This document shows positions 7,587 through 16,449 of a stretch of DNA of 64,000 bases, one piece after another. How positions within the stretch are numbered: the first letter of the stretch is position 1; every line of letters begins with the position of its first letter. Under the pieces are notes generated by a model that saw nothing but the letters and a program-made list of their open reading frames with translations, did not search any database and was not told the DNA's origin. The translations under genes and the position numbers were made by a program. The DNA is from Oscillospiraceae bacterium (GTDB lineage Bacteria; Bacillota; Clostridia; Oscillospirales; Ruminococcaceae): positions 7,414 to 71,413 of the forward strand of contig JAKSPL010000006.1 of NCBI GenBank assembly GCA_024404815.1, read 5' to 3'.

Positions 7587-9434
7587 TTATTTGATAACGG
7601 CGGCAATATAGCCTGAACCTGTGGATACGGAATATCTGGAACCTTTTTCATCTGCAAACGATGGAGTCATTGCGCTGAACACACTCAGCATTGTGTTGTA
7701 GTTGATATATTCACTCACTTCAAAGTCGATATATGCAATGACTGCGCCGTTTTCCGCGTACTGATTTTTGCCGTCTTTGGTGGTCCATGCGAAGTAGACG
7801 GGGTAGCCTTCTACGGTTTCATCCAATGTGATGTCGGTATAGGCATCGCCTGCGCGGACAGCTTTCGGGGTGAGGGCAGCATCGTAACCGATGTAGATCG
7901 CGCCGCCTGCGGTACCGTGGTCGTTGTAGATCATAACGGGGACGGTAATCGTTTCGCCGGGCTTTGCGGCAACTTTTCCAAGCGTAATGCTCATCGGGCG
8001 GAGCAGCCAGAGGATTTTCTGGAGGTCTTTGAGGTCAACCTTGCCATCTTTGTTGACATCGGGCTTTGCGTAGGTTTTCAGCGTAACATCCTTGTCCTCG
8101 TTGATCACACGGGCGAGCAGAACCGCATCCGCGATAGTCAGCGAGTTGTCAGCATTGACGTCACCCTGAATGTCTGCGAAGTAGACGGTCGTGGTCGCTC
8201 TGGTTGAGGTTGTAGTAGTTGTTGTTAATCTGGAAGTGGTGGTTGTTGTTGTGGTGGTAGTTGTTGTTGTTGTGGTAGTTGTTGTTGTAGTTGTAGTGGT
8301 CGTTGTTGTTGTCGTAGTCGTTTCGGTTGTGGTCAGCTCCGCAGGGATCGCGCCCAGAGAGATGAACGTCAGATTGTATTTTTCGGCGAATTTCTCTGTG
8401 GTGGAACCATCATAGCCGTAATAAGCGGGGGTACTGTTCACACCGTACCCTGGAAACTCCATATACGGATTGAGAATTTGAACAACTGTCAGCTTGTTGC
8501 AGTAGCTGAATGCGCTGGTGTTCATTTCCTGTACAGATGCAGGAATGGTAATTTCATGCAGAGTAGTACATGACTGAAACGCCCATAAATTGATGATTTC
8601 CAGATTTTCGGGAAGCGTGATGGTTTCGAGCGAGGTGCAGTCAGCGAATGCAGAGCTGTCAATACATTTCAGAGAGTTGGGAAGTTTGATGCTTGACAAT
8701 GACGAGCAAGCGGTAAAGCATTCGCTCGGGATGGATTCAATCCCCTCGGGAATCTCGATGGATTTTAGATTTTCGCAGTAGGCAAAAGTGCGTTTGCCCA
8801 GTTCCGTCAAGGAAGTAGACAGATGGATCTCTTCGATCGGTGTGTCTGAAAAAGCTGAATCGCCAATCGTTTCAACGGTATCAGGCATGGTAATGTTTTC
8901 CAGACCGTAGCACTGATAAAATGCTGATGCACCGATGTTGACAAGTGCTTTCGACAGGTTGATGTCAGTCAGTTTTTTACTCTCCTTAAATGCCCCATCG
9001 CCGATGAATGTGACGGTATCAGGCATAGTAATATTGGAAAGCGAGTTGCAGGAATAGAATGCGGATGCACCGATCGTGGTCAGCTTTTCAGGCAGGGTGA
9101 TCTCGGTGATGCCGTCACAGTCCGAAAACGCGCCGTCACCGATTTTTGTAACCGTTTTTGGCAGAGTGATCGATGTCAGGGTATCGTTGCCCTTGAACGC
9201 ATTCTGTCCAATGGATGTAACAGGACTGCCGTTGATTTCTGCGGGGATCTCGTAGGTTTCGGCTTCGTCAGTAAAGCCTGTGATGGATGCTTCGCCGCCG
9301 ACGATCATGTAGTAAAGGCCGTTGTCAAGCGTTTCGGCGTGGGCGATGTTTTGTGTCCAGCCGCTGAGATCTGCTGCGCCGATCGTGAGTGCGGCAGCCA
9401 GCAAACCTGCTGTGAGTTTCTTTTGCATTTGCAT
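7587..9434 (-). CDS. Secreted BspA-type leucine-rich-repeat protein with internal dockerin and C-terminal cohesin-like module
   Basis: Signal peptide MQMQKKLTAGLLAAALTIGAA. About 300 aa of LRR_5-type repeats (I..IG..AF..C..L..I.LP). Thr run, dockerin and cohesin-like C-terminus follow. GGAGG RBS 7 nt upstream. Confidence 0.85.
   Translation of the reverse strand: MQMQKKLTAGLLAAALTIGAADLSGWTQNIAHAETLDNGLYYMIVGGEASITGFTDEAETYEIPAEINGSPVTSIGQNAFKGNDTLTSITLPKTVTKIGDGAFSDCDGITEITLPEKLTTIGASAFYSCNSLSNITMPDTVTFIGDGAFKESKKLTDINLSKALVNIGASAFYQCYGLENITMPDTVETIGDSAFSDTPIEEIHLSTSLTELGKRTFAYCENLKSIEIPEGIESIPSECFTACSSLSSIKLPNSLKCIDSSAFADCTSLETITLPENLEIINLWAFQSCTTLHEITIPASVQEMNTSAFSYCNKLTVVQILNPYMEFPGYGVNSTPAYYGYDGSTTEKFAEKYNLTFISLGAIPAELTTTETTTTTTTTTTTTTTTTTTTTTTTTTTTTTSRLTTTTTTSTRATTTVYFADIQGDVNADNSLTIADAVLLARVINEDKDVTLKTYAKPDVNKDGKVDLKDLQKILWLLRPMSITLGKVAAKPGETITVPVMIYNDHGTAGGAIYIGYDAALTPKAVRAGDAYTDITLDETVEGYPVYFAWTTKDGKNQYAENGAVIAYIDFEVSEYINYNTMLSVFSAMTPSFADEKGSRYSVSTGSGYIAAVIK
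7590..8000 (-). other. Cohesin-like domain (C-terminal 137 aa)
   Basis: ITLGKVAAKPGETITVPVMIYNDHGTAGGAIYIGYDAALTPKAV...AYIDFEV pattern typical of type-I/ruminococcal cohesins; judged by eye only. Confidence 0.65.
8001..8174 (-). other. Dockerin module
   Basis: Two Ca-binding loop/helix segments, GDVNADNSLTIADAVLLARVI and DVNKDGKVDLKDLQKILWLL. Confidence 0.85.
8187..8333 (-). repeat. Low-complexity (NGT)n run encoding a ~49-residue Thr linker
   Basis: Plus strand reads ggt/tgt/agt triplets in frame with the minus-strand CDS: TTTETTTTT...SRLTTTTTTSTRATTT. Confidence 0.9.
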
Positions 9435-9484
9435 AATATTTCCTCCATTCCTGCTGTGTGTCTGTTTTTACATACAGCCTCATT

Positions 9485-9513
9485 ATTATACACTTTTTTT
9501 GACGAAATGTCAA
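9485..9513 (-). promoter_or_regulatory. Putative sigma-A promoter, -35 TTGACA / 17 nt / -10 TATAAT (minus strand)
   Basis: Reverse complement reads cTTGACAtttcgtcaaaaaaagtgTATAAT, about 50 nt upstream of the ATG at 9434. Confidence 0.65.
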
Positions 9514-9532
9514 GCAGATACGTTCCGTTGAA

Positions 9533-9581
9533 AAGCAAAAAAGTGCCGCTATCAGGACGATTGCCCCGATAACGGCGAGAG
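9533..9581 (-). terminator. Intrinsic terminator after the GH5 gene
   Basis: Imperfect stem gccgctatcagg / ccgataacggc; minus-strand reading followed by cacttttttgctttt. Confidence 0.55.
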
Positions 9582-9603
9582 AGATATATGTTAGGAAAGC
9601 ATA

Positions 9604-10629
9604 TCAAAGAAGCACACTGACTGCTGCAAAGGAATCGGCACGGTCGGCATCGACCAGACCGAAGTCCATTTCCTTGTAGCTCCAGACAGCTCTGCCGATG
9701 CCGTAATCCTCGAATGCCTCGTGAATCGCTTTGTGCCATTCAATCGTGCTTTCGGGGTCAGCAAGGGAGATGACGCCGTATTCGCCGCAGTAGAGCGGAA
9801 CATTTCGTTCTTCTGCGATACGGACAGCCTTTGCGAACATCTGTCGGAAGAAATCTGCGCCTCGTGCAGTCGGTGAGGAGAGGTACAGCAGATTTGCGTG
9901 ATACAGCTTCAAGTCATCGGAGAGCTTTTGATAGAATGCGGTAGGTTTCGGGAATTCCGTGCGGAAATCCGACGGCATATTCTCGACCCAGCCTGCACCC
10001 TGATGTGTGAAAATCAGGGGCTCATAGCAGTGGAAGTTGTAAACGATATTTTCGTCATACGGCATCAGCAGATCGGGAACAGCGAGTACGCTGTTGTTCC
10101 AGTAGCCGCCGACGAGGATCTTTGTATTCGGTGCAAATTTGCGGATGCGCTGAATGCAGATATCTGCGACGCTGTTCCATGTATTGCAGTAGGAGCGGTC
10201 TGTCACTTCGTTGAGCAGTTCGAATGCAACACGGTCTTCGTACTGACCGAACGCTTTTGCGAGCCGTTCCCAGAGCTGATAGAAGCGTTCCTGCAAAGCG
10301 GTGTCGAAGAAAAATCCGCTTTCCGCCTCTCCGACATCGAAAGAATAGCCTGCGGTTTTGTGGAGGTCGAGTACCATATTGAGGTGATACTTTCCGCACC
10401 AGTCCACCGCCGTCTGAATATACTGCATACCATAGTCCGTGGGTGTACCGTCTGCATTTTCCAGCAGGTCATAGTCTATCGGGATGCGTACATGGTCGAT
10501 CTCCCAGCCCGAAAGCCGTTCGAAATCCGCTTCGGTGATAAAAGTATCGTAATGCTCGGTGGTGTGGCAGCATTGTGAGAACCAGCCGCCGAGATTGATC
10601 CCTTTTTCATAGCCTGTGAATTTTAACAT
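9604..10629 (-). CDS. Glycoside hydrolase family 5 (cellulase-type) without signal peptide
   Basis: GINLGGWF, acid/base FELLNEV, nucleophile CGEYGV. The N-terminus MLKFTGYEKG has no hydrophobic leader. Lies 32 nt downstream of the 3xGH16 gene. Confidence 0.9.
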   Translation of the reverse strand: MLKFTGYEKGINLGGWFSQCCHTTEHYDTFITEADFERLSGWEIDHVRIPIDYDLLENADGTPTDYGMQYIQTAVDWCGKYHLNMVLDLHKTAGYSFDVGEAESGFFFDTALQERFYQLWERLAKAFGQYEDRVAFELLNEVTDRSYCNTWNSVADICIQRIRKFAPNTKILVGGYWNNSVLAVPDLLMPYDENIVYNFHCYEPLIFTHQGAGWVENMPSDFRTEFPKPTAFYQKLSDDLKLYHANLLYLSSPTARGADFFRQMFAKAVRIAEERNVPLYCGEYGVISLADPESTIEWHKAIHEAFEDYGIGRAVWSYKEMDFGLVDADRADSFAAVSVLL

Positions 10630-10661
10630 TGTTGTACCCCCGAATTCATGCTGCTCGCAGA

Positions 10662-12830
10662 TTATTGTTTATTGTAGGTAACCCATTCATACTGCGCGGT
10701 CAGCGGAGTGTTGCCGTTGAACGCATTGAGCCACTCGTCAACGCCTTTTCCGGGCCAGACATTCATCATGATCTTGCCGGCGGTTCTCGGGATGCTCTGT
10801 GTTGCGCGGTAGACTTCCTTGCCGTCTACATACCATGCGATGTAACCGGGCTGCCAGTCGAAACCGTAGCGGTGGAAGCCCTGTGAAGCATCAAAGCCGA
10901 GATTGTACATATACTCGTGTTTGCCCTGACCGTTGGTGTAGTAGTTGAACTGTACCTTTGTGGTGTCTTTGCCGAGAACTTCGACGTCGATCTCATCCCA
11001 CGGGTTGCCGTCGGATTCGCCTGTGTAGGTGAAGAACGAGGAAACGACACCGTCATTCTTGATCGCCTTCATAGAGGTTTCGTAGTAGCCGTAGCTGTAA
11101 AAATCGTTGGTGCGGTATTCTGCTGCGGAGTACGCATATTTGCCGCTGTAATCTCTGTCGATTTTGAGGGTGAGAACACCGTTGTCGAGAGAAGTATTGT
11201 TCTTATACCAGCCGCAGTTGAACGGATCGCCGTTCGTCCAGCCGTCAGATGCGATGAAGTATCTGCTCGAACCGTCGCGGAAATCCTCGACCATCGTAGC
11301 ATTCTTGTTCATGTAATCCGTAGAGGTCTGACCGCCCTGATTATTGTCGCCCTGATTCCAGTTCCAGCCGCCCTGGTTCCAGTCGCCTTGATTCCAGCCC
11401 TGGTTGTTATTGCCCTGCTGCTGACCGCTCGGAGAAGCATTGTTATAGGTGACCCACTGATAGCGAGCGGTGAGCGGAGTCTTGCCGTTGAACGCATTCA
11501 GCCATTCGTCAACGCCTTTGCCGGGCCATACGTTCATCATGATCTTGCCTGCGGTTTTCGGAATGTTTTGTGTTGCGCGGTAGACTTCCTTACCATCTAC
11601 ATACCATGCGATGTAGTTCGGCTGCCAGTCGAAGCCGTAGGTGTGGAAGCCCTGTGAAGCATCAAAGCCGAGATTGTACATATACTCGTGTTTGCCCTGA
11701 CCGTTGGTGTAGTAGTTGAACTGTACCTTTGTGGTGTCTTTGCCGAGAACTTCGATGTCGATCTCATCCCACGGGTTGCCGTCGGATTCGCCTGTGTAGG
11801 TGAAGAACGAAGAAACAACGCCGTCATTCTTGATCGCCTGCATGGAAGTTTCGTAGTAGCCGTAGCTGTAGAAATCGTTGGTGCGGTATTCTGCTGCGGA
11901 GTACGCATACTTTCCGCTGTAATCTTTGTCGATGGTCAGTGACAGATGCTGGTCATTCAGCGAGGTGTTGTTTTTATACCAGCCGCAGTTGAACGGATCG
12001 CCGTTTGTCCAGCCGTCAGAAGCGATGAAATACTGGCTGGAACCGTCACGGAAATCTTCATACATCTTTGCGGAGGTGTTCGGCGCGGTACCATAATCCT
12101 TGATGGAACCCTGATTCTGGTTGCCCTGATTCGGATCCCCACCCTGATTGTTGTTGCCCTGCTGGCTGCTCTTTTCGTAGGTGACCCACTGATAGCGAGC
12201 GGTGAGCGGAGTCTTGCCGTTGAACGCATTGAGCCATTCGTCAACGCCTGTGCCGGGCCATACGTTCATCATGATCTTGCCGGGCGTTTTCGGAATGTTT
12301 TGTGTTGCGCGGTAAACTTCCTTGCCGTCTATATACCATGCGATGTAGTTCGGCTGCCAGTCAAAGCCGTAGGTGTGGTATGCTTCGGAAGCATCGAAGC
12401 CGAGATTGTACATATACTCGTGTTTGCCCTGACCGTTGGTGTAGTAGTTGAACTGTACCTTTGTGGTGTCTTTGCCGAGAACTTCGATGTCGATCTCATC
12501 CCACGGGTTGCCGTCGGATTCGCCTGTATAGGTGAAGAACGAGGAAACAACACCATCGTTCTTGATCGCCTGCATGGAAGTTTCGTAGTAGCCGTAGCTG
12601 TAGAAATCATTGGTGCGGTATTCCGCTGCGGAGTACGCATATTTGCCGCTGTAATCTTTGTCGATGGTCAGCGACAGATGCTGGTCATTCAGCGAGGTGT
12701 TGTTCTTATACCAGCCGCAGTTGAACGGATTGCCGTTTGTCCAGCCGTCAGATGCGATGAAATACTGGCTGGAACCGTCACGGAAGTCCTCGAACATCGT
12801 TGCATTGGAATGCGGAGCCGTACCGAGGTC
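10662..12830 (-). repeat. Tandem triplication of a ~730-770-bp GH16-coding unit
   Basis: gccgagaacttcga(c/t)gtcgatctc occurs at 10971, 11742 and 12474 (offsets 771 and 732). Long stretches are nearly identical between units. Confidence 0.9.
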
Positions 12831-13109
12831 TTTGATGCCCGAACCGGATGATGACGGATTGAGGATGCCTCTTTTGAGAAGCGTCAGGTCAACAGCATTG
12901 ACCTTTCCGTCATTGTTCATATCCATATTGCCGCTGAGGTTTCTGGATTGTCCTGTGAGATAGCTGACAAGTGCCTTTGCATCCTGTGCATTGACCTGTC
13001 CGTCATTGTTGGCGTCGCCCTGTGCAGCTGCAAAGGCGGTCCATGTGACGGAACCTGCTGCCATCATGCCGCAAAGCGACAATGCGATAAGTTTCCGTTT
13101 GCGATTCAT
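10662..13109 (-). CDS. Cellulosomal enzyme: signal peptide, N-terminal dockerin, three tandem GH16 lichenase-type catalytic domains
   Basis: ATG at 13109 (MNRKRKL) preceded by AGGGAGGA. Three copies of [28 protein letters not shown]. Listed ORF start 13202 rejected because it lacks an RBS. Confidence 0.9.
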   Translation of the reverse strand: MNRKRKLIALSLCGMMAAGSVTWTAFAAAQGDANNDGQVNAQDAKALVSYLTGQSRNLSGNMDMNNDGKVNAVDLTLLKRGILNPSSSGSGIKDLGTAPHSNATMFEDFRDGSSQYFIASDGWTNGNPFNCGWYKNNTSLNDQHLSLTIDKDYSGKYAYSAAEYRTNDFYSYGYYETSMQAIKNDGVVSSFFTYTGESDGNPWDEIDIEVLGKDTTKVQFNYYTNGQGKHEYMYNLGFDASEAYHTYGFDWQPNYIAWYIDGKEVYRATQNIPKTPGKIMMNVWPGTGVDEWLNAFNGKTPLTARYQWVTYEKSSQQGNNNQGGDPNQGNQNQGSIKDYGTAPNTSAKMYEDFRDGSSQYFIASDGWTNGDPFNCGWYKNNTSLNDQHLSLTIDKDYSGKYAYSAAEYRTNDFYSYGYYETSMQAIKNDGVVSSFFTYTGESDGNPWDEIDIEVLGKDTTKVQFNYYTNGQGKHEYMYNLGFDASQGFHTYGFDWQPNYIAWYVDGKEVYRATQNIPKTAGKIMMNVWPGKGVDEWLNAFNGKTPLTARYQWVTYNNASPSGQQQGNNNQGWNQGDWNQGGWNWNQGDNNQGGQTSTDYMNKNATMVEDFRDGSSRYFIASDGWTNGDPFNCGWYKNNTSLDNGVLTLKIDRDYSGKYAYSAAEYRTNDFYSYGYYETSMKAIKNDGVVSSFFTYTGESDGNPWDEIDVEVLGKDTTKVQFNYYTNGQGKHEYMYNLGFDASQGFHRYGFDWQPGYIAWYVDGKEVYRATQSIPRTAGKIMMNVWPGKGVDEWLNAFNGNTPLTAQYEWVTYNKQ
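12861..13019 (-). other. N-terminal dockerin module
   Basis: [21 protein letters not shown] ... [21 protein letters not shown] directly after the signal peptide. Confidence 0.85.
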
Positions 13110-13226
13110 AATAAATCCTCCCTTTTCATAAGTGCACACGAAATATGCAGACTGACTTATGCTACCATCAGTATGCCATATGAAACGGGAAAATTCTATC
13201 AAAATAATCGCGAAAATAGCAATCTC

Positions 13227-14027
13227 TTAACCTTTGTTTTGCAGGTCGAGATTCATCCAGCTCACGGAATAGAAGCGATCACGATATTCTTTGGGTGTGA
13301 TGCCGATATGCTTTTTGAATTGTTTGATAAAATAACTCTGTGAACTGAAACCGAGAAAGCTGCTGATCTCAAGGGCTGTGTAGTCTGAAAACTGGAGCAT
13401 ATTGGCAGCCGTTTCGATTTTCTTTCTCGTGATGTAGTCGGTAATGGTCGTATCCATTTCCTTTGCAAACAGGCGCGAAAGGTAGGGGACACTTTTCCCG
13501 AGCGCCTCAGCAATGTCATCAATATAAATGCGTTCATGAAGATGGTCGCTGATGTAGTCGAGGATCTGGAGCGTTGTGCGGGAATACTGCTGTCCGCTCT
13601 GGATCTGCCGCATTCGTTTGGTAAATTCGACAGTCATATTATAATGGAGTGCATGGATCTCTTCGATGGTGCGGCAGGCATCTGTTTTCTGGATGAACAC
13701 ATCACTTAAACTGTAAGCGTCCTCTGGCTGCATTCCGCCGTTGATGCAAAAGCGTGTGATCATGGCGATGCTGACTACCAGATGATATTTGAGGTTTTGG
13801 AGCGGATCGGGACAGAGTTTGCCGAACCCCTCGCCGCCGAGCGGTGTAAACAGCGTTTTGACGGTTTCGAGATTTCCCGAACGTACACTCTCATAGAATG
13901 CGATCTCACGCTCAAACGGTGCGTGACGGAATCCGAGTTCACGGTTTGCAAAAAAATGTTCTGCGAGTGCTTTTCGGGTATCCAGATGGTAAATCTCGTT
14001 CGGCTCCTCGAGCGGAAGCTCAGACAT
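13227..14027 (-). CDS. AraC family transcriptional regulator
   Basis: C-terminal double HTH IDDIAEALGKSVPYLSRLFAKEM...ISSFLGFSSQSYFIKQFKKHIGITPKEYR. AAGGAGGG RBS. Confidence 0.85.
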   Translation of the reverse strand: MSELPLEEPNEIYHLDTRKALAEHFFANRELGFRHAPFEREIAFYESVRSGNLETVKTLFTPLGGEGFGKLCPDPLQNLKYHLVVSIAMITRFCINGGMQPEDAYSLSDVFIQKTDACRTIEEIHALHYNMTVEFTKRMRQIQSGQQYSRTTLQILDYISDHLHERIYIDDIAEALGKSVPYLSRLFAKEMDTTITDYITRKKIETAANMLQFSDYTALEISSFLGFSSQSYFIKQFKKHIGITPKEYRDRFYSVSWMNLDLQNKG

Positions 14028-14333
14028 GGTGTATCCCTCCTTTACAGCAAGTCACCCGAAAGGATGCTTTCCTCTATTTTACCTGATTTTGCGCGTTTTT
14101 GTCATTATCAATCAGAGGTCTATCTGCCGAAAAAATCACTTTGAATTTGTGCAGACTGCGAGGGCATATGCAGGCAAAATCCCCTGCAATACTCTTTGTA
14201 TAATTCTTGTCTGAAATTGTACATTTCTATTTTCATGAAGCCGCAAAACTGACTATGTGCCTATTTTTCAGAATGGAAAATATACCGTAATTGTGAGAGC
14301 AAACAGCTTCCGAGAAAATATTTCAAAATCCTC

Positions 14334-14362
14334 TTGCAATTTTAGAAAAAATAGGCTATAAT
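14334..14362 (+). promoter_or_regulatory. Putative sigma-A promoter, -35 TTGCAA / 17 nt / -10 TATAAT
   Basis: TTGCAA at 14334-14339, TATAAT at 14357-14362, upstream of the LRR-dockerin gene. Confidence 0.6.
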
Positions 14363-14398
14363 AGAGATGCAATGAAATTGCAGGAGGGGGTAATTTCT

Positions 14399-16045
14399 AT
14401 GAAATTGAAAAAGGCAATGGTATTTGCTGCGGTACTCTGTATGCTGTCTGCACCGCTGACAGCAGCAAATTTCCCTGTACTGTCGGCAGCATCCGTTACA
14501 GCATCCGCAGCAGACCCTGTTTATGAGGGTGTCAAGTATACGGTCGTGGATGACCATGTTGAGATTACAGGCTGTACTGTCAAAGAGGGTACGCTGGAAA
14601 TTCCTGCCGAAATCGACGGCAAACCTGTCACTATGATTGGTGCAGCAGCGTTTTTCGGTGAGAAATTCGACAGCGTTGTGATTCCTGACAGCGTGACCGA
14701 GATCGGCGGCGGCGCATTTTGGAAGTGCGTCAATCTGACAAAAGTCAGCATCCCGTCCAGCGTTGTATCACTCGGAAACCACGCATTTGCGGATTGCAAA
14801 GCACTTGAAGAAATTGAAATTCCGGAAAAATTGACGGATATTCATGAGCTTGCGTTTGAAGGAAGTGCATGGCTGACTGCGAAACGTGCTGAGAATCCGT
14901 TCGTTGTTGTCAACGGTATCTGCATTGATGCCGCACAGGCACTGGACAATATTCTTGCAGAGCAGCAGGCGGCAGAAGAGGAACGCCAGAAAGCACTCGA
15001 TGACAAGAATATCGTACTGATCTATGTCAATGAGGATGAATCGGACGAGAAAGGGGTCGAAATCGACTTTCCTGAGGGGATCACCGCGATCGGTGAAACG
15101 GTTTTTGCGGATCTGAGACGTTCGATCAATGTGACGAAAATCGTGATTCCTGAGGGTGTGACGAATATCTATGCGAATGCGTTCTCGCTTTGCCATGAAT
15201 GTACAGAGGTTCAGCTTCCGAGCACGCTGGAAGAAGTCGGCGACAGCGCATTTGCCGATATGAAGTGGCTGGAACAGCAGCCGAAAGAGAACGGTCTGTT
15301 TATCATCAACGGTCTGCTGATCGACGGCAAAAATGCCGTGGGCGATATTGAAATTCCCGAGGGCGTGACCGCGATCTGCGGCAATGCGTTCCGCGGAAAT
15401 GCAGATATTACTTCTGTGACATTCCCAAGCAGTTTGACGATCATCCGTGATTTTGCATTCAAACGCTGCGCGAATCTGAAAACGGTAAACTTTGCAGAGG
15501 GCATTCAGACCATCGGTGAAGAAGCGTTTTCGGACTGTGGACTGACATCTCTGGTTCTGCCTGAAAGCCTGAAAGAACTGGAATACCGTGCGTTCATCAC
15601 CTGCAACAGTCTGCCGAAGGTATCTGTCCGCAATGATGATATGATTATCGGCGCAGAGTCTTTGGGCTATAAGAACACATTCCTGCCGACAGGTCAGTAT
15701 ATGTCTGTTTACGTACTTTCCGTGCGAAATGATTTCATCATCGAATGCCGCGAGGGTTCGACTGCGGAAGCCTATGCAAAGGCAAACGAACAGGTCGTTC
15801 AGCTGGGTGAAGCAGGCGATGCAAACGGCGACCTGACTGTTGATATTACCGATGTCATTCTGCTTTCCCGTTTTGCGGCAGAGGACAAGTCTGCACCGCA
15901 GATGACGGAAGCAGCGAAAAAACTTTGCGATATGAACAATGACGGCAAGACCAATGCCGAGGATGTATCGCTGATTCTCCGCAAAATTGCCCGCTTGGAC
16001 GAAGAAACAGAAGATGTTCCTGTTGAAGAAGCATCTGCTGAATGA
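14399..16045 (+). CDS. Secreted BspA-type leucine-rich-repeat protein with C-terminal dockerin
   Basis: ATG at 14399 (MKLKKAMVFAAVL) after GCAGGAGGGGG. LRR_5-type repeats (IPD.VT.IG..AF..C..L). C-terminal dockerin. Confidence 0.85.
   Translation: MKLKKAMVFAAVLCMLSAPLTAANFPVLSAASVTASAADPVYEGVKYTVVDDHVEITGCTVKEGTLEIPAEIDGKPVTMIGAAAFFGEKFDSVVIPDSVTEIGGGAFWKCVNLTKVSIPSSVVSLGNHAFADCKALEEIEIPEKLTDIHELAFEGSAWLTAKRAENPFVVVNGICIDAAQALDNILAEQQAAEEERQKALDDKNIVLIYVNEDESDEKGVEIDFPEGITAIGETVFADLRRSINVTKIVIPEGVTNIYANAFSLCHECTEVQLPSTLEEVGDSAFADMKWLEQQPKENGLFIINGLLIDGKNAVGDIEIPEGVTAICGNAFRGNADITSVTFPSSLTIIRDFAFKRCANLKTVNFAEGIQTIGEEAFSDCGLTSLVLPESLKELEYRAFITCNSLPKVSVRNDDMIIGAESLGYKNTFLPTGQYMSVYVLSVRNDFIIECREGSTAEAYAKANEQVVQLGEAGDANGDLTVDITDVILLSRFAAEDKSAPQMTEAAKKLCDMNNDGKTNAEDVSLILRKIARLDEETEDVPVEEASAE
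15815..15995 (+). other. Dockerin module
   Basis: GDANGDLTVDITDVILLSRF ... DMNNDGKTNAEDVSLILRKIA. Confidence 0.85.
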
Positions 16046-16086
16046 TTGCAAAACGGCAACAATCCGATAAAAATCTCCTGAAACGC

Positions 16087-16115
16087 TTGACAGTACGGCG
16101 GTTTTGGTGTATACT
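16087..16115 (+). promoter_or_regulatory. Putative sigma-A promoter, -35 TTGACA / 17 nt / -10 TATACT
   Basis: TTGACA at 16087-16092, TATACT at 16110-16115. Confidence 0.6.
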
Positions 16116-16139
16116 GAAAGCATCTTGAAACGGGAGGGA

Positions 16140-16382
16140 ATGCATATGTTTCGTCTTCTGATTGAAATTCTGGTCGGTGCGTTTGTCGGTTCGATTGCCG
16201 GCAAGATCATGGACAGCAAAAAAGGCTTCTGGATGAATGCGCTGCTTGGTATTGTGGGCGGATTTGTCGGCGGCTATATCGGAAATCTGATCGGCATCGG
16301 CGGCGGTTTGATATCCGGCTTGATTCTGTCGATTGTCGCGTCTTGTCTGATTATCTGGATTGTCCGCAAGCTGAAACAGTAA
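16140..16382 (+). CDS. GlsB/YeaQ/YmgE family (transglycosylase-associated) small membrane protein
   Basis: LIEILVGAFVGSIAGKIM...LLGIVGGFVGGYIGNLIG pattern. GGGAGGGA RBS before the ATG at 16140. Confidence 0.8.
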   Translation: MHMFRLLIEILVGAFVGSIAGKIMDSKKGFWMNALLGIVGGFVGGYIGNLIGIGGGLISGLILSIVASCLIIWIVRKLKQ

Positions 16383-16388
16383 ATCTTA

Positions 16389-16426
16389 CCCACAGCATAA
16401 GGTTGTACCTGTGCTGTGGGTTTTTC
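16389..16426 (+). terminator. Intrinsic terminator
   Basis: cccacagca / tgctgtggg stem followed by ttttt. Confidence 0.8.
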
Positions 16427-16449
16427 ATTCAATGCAGAAAGGAAGAAAC

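Noticed and set aside
8187-8333. Long (GTT/GTG/GTA)n run, considered as a microsatellite or repeat array
   Set aside because: It is exactly in frame with the minus-strand CDS and encodes the Thr linker between the LRR and dockerin. It is a coding low-complexity region, not an independent element.
10917-12851. Plus-strand ORFs of 246, 84 and 301 aa with recurring [13 protein letters not shown]
   Set aside because: They are mirror images of the three GH16 repeat units on the minus strand. Their repetition only reflects the tandem DNA repeat.
14768-16219. 483-aa minus-strand ORF
   Set aside because: It is antisense to the LRR-dockerin gene. It has no recognisable domains, whereas the plus frame has a signal peptide, LRRs and a dockerin.
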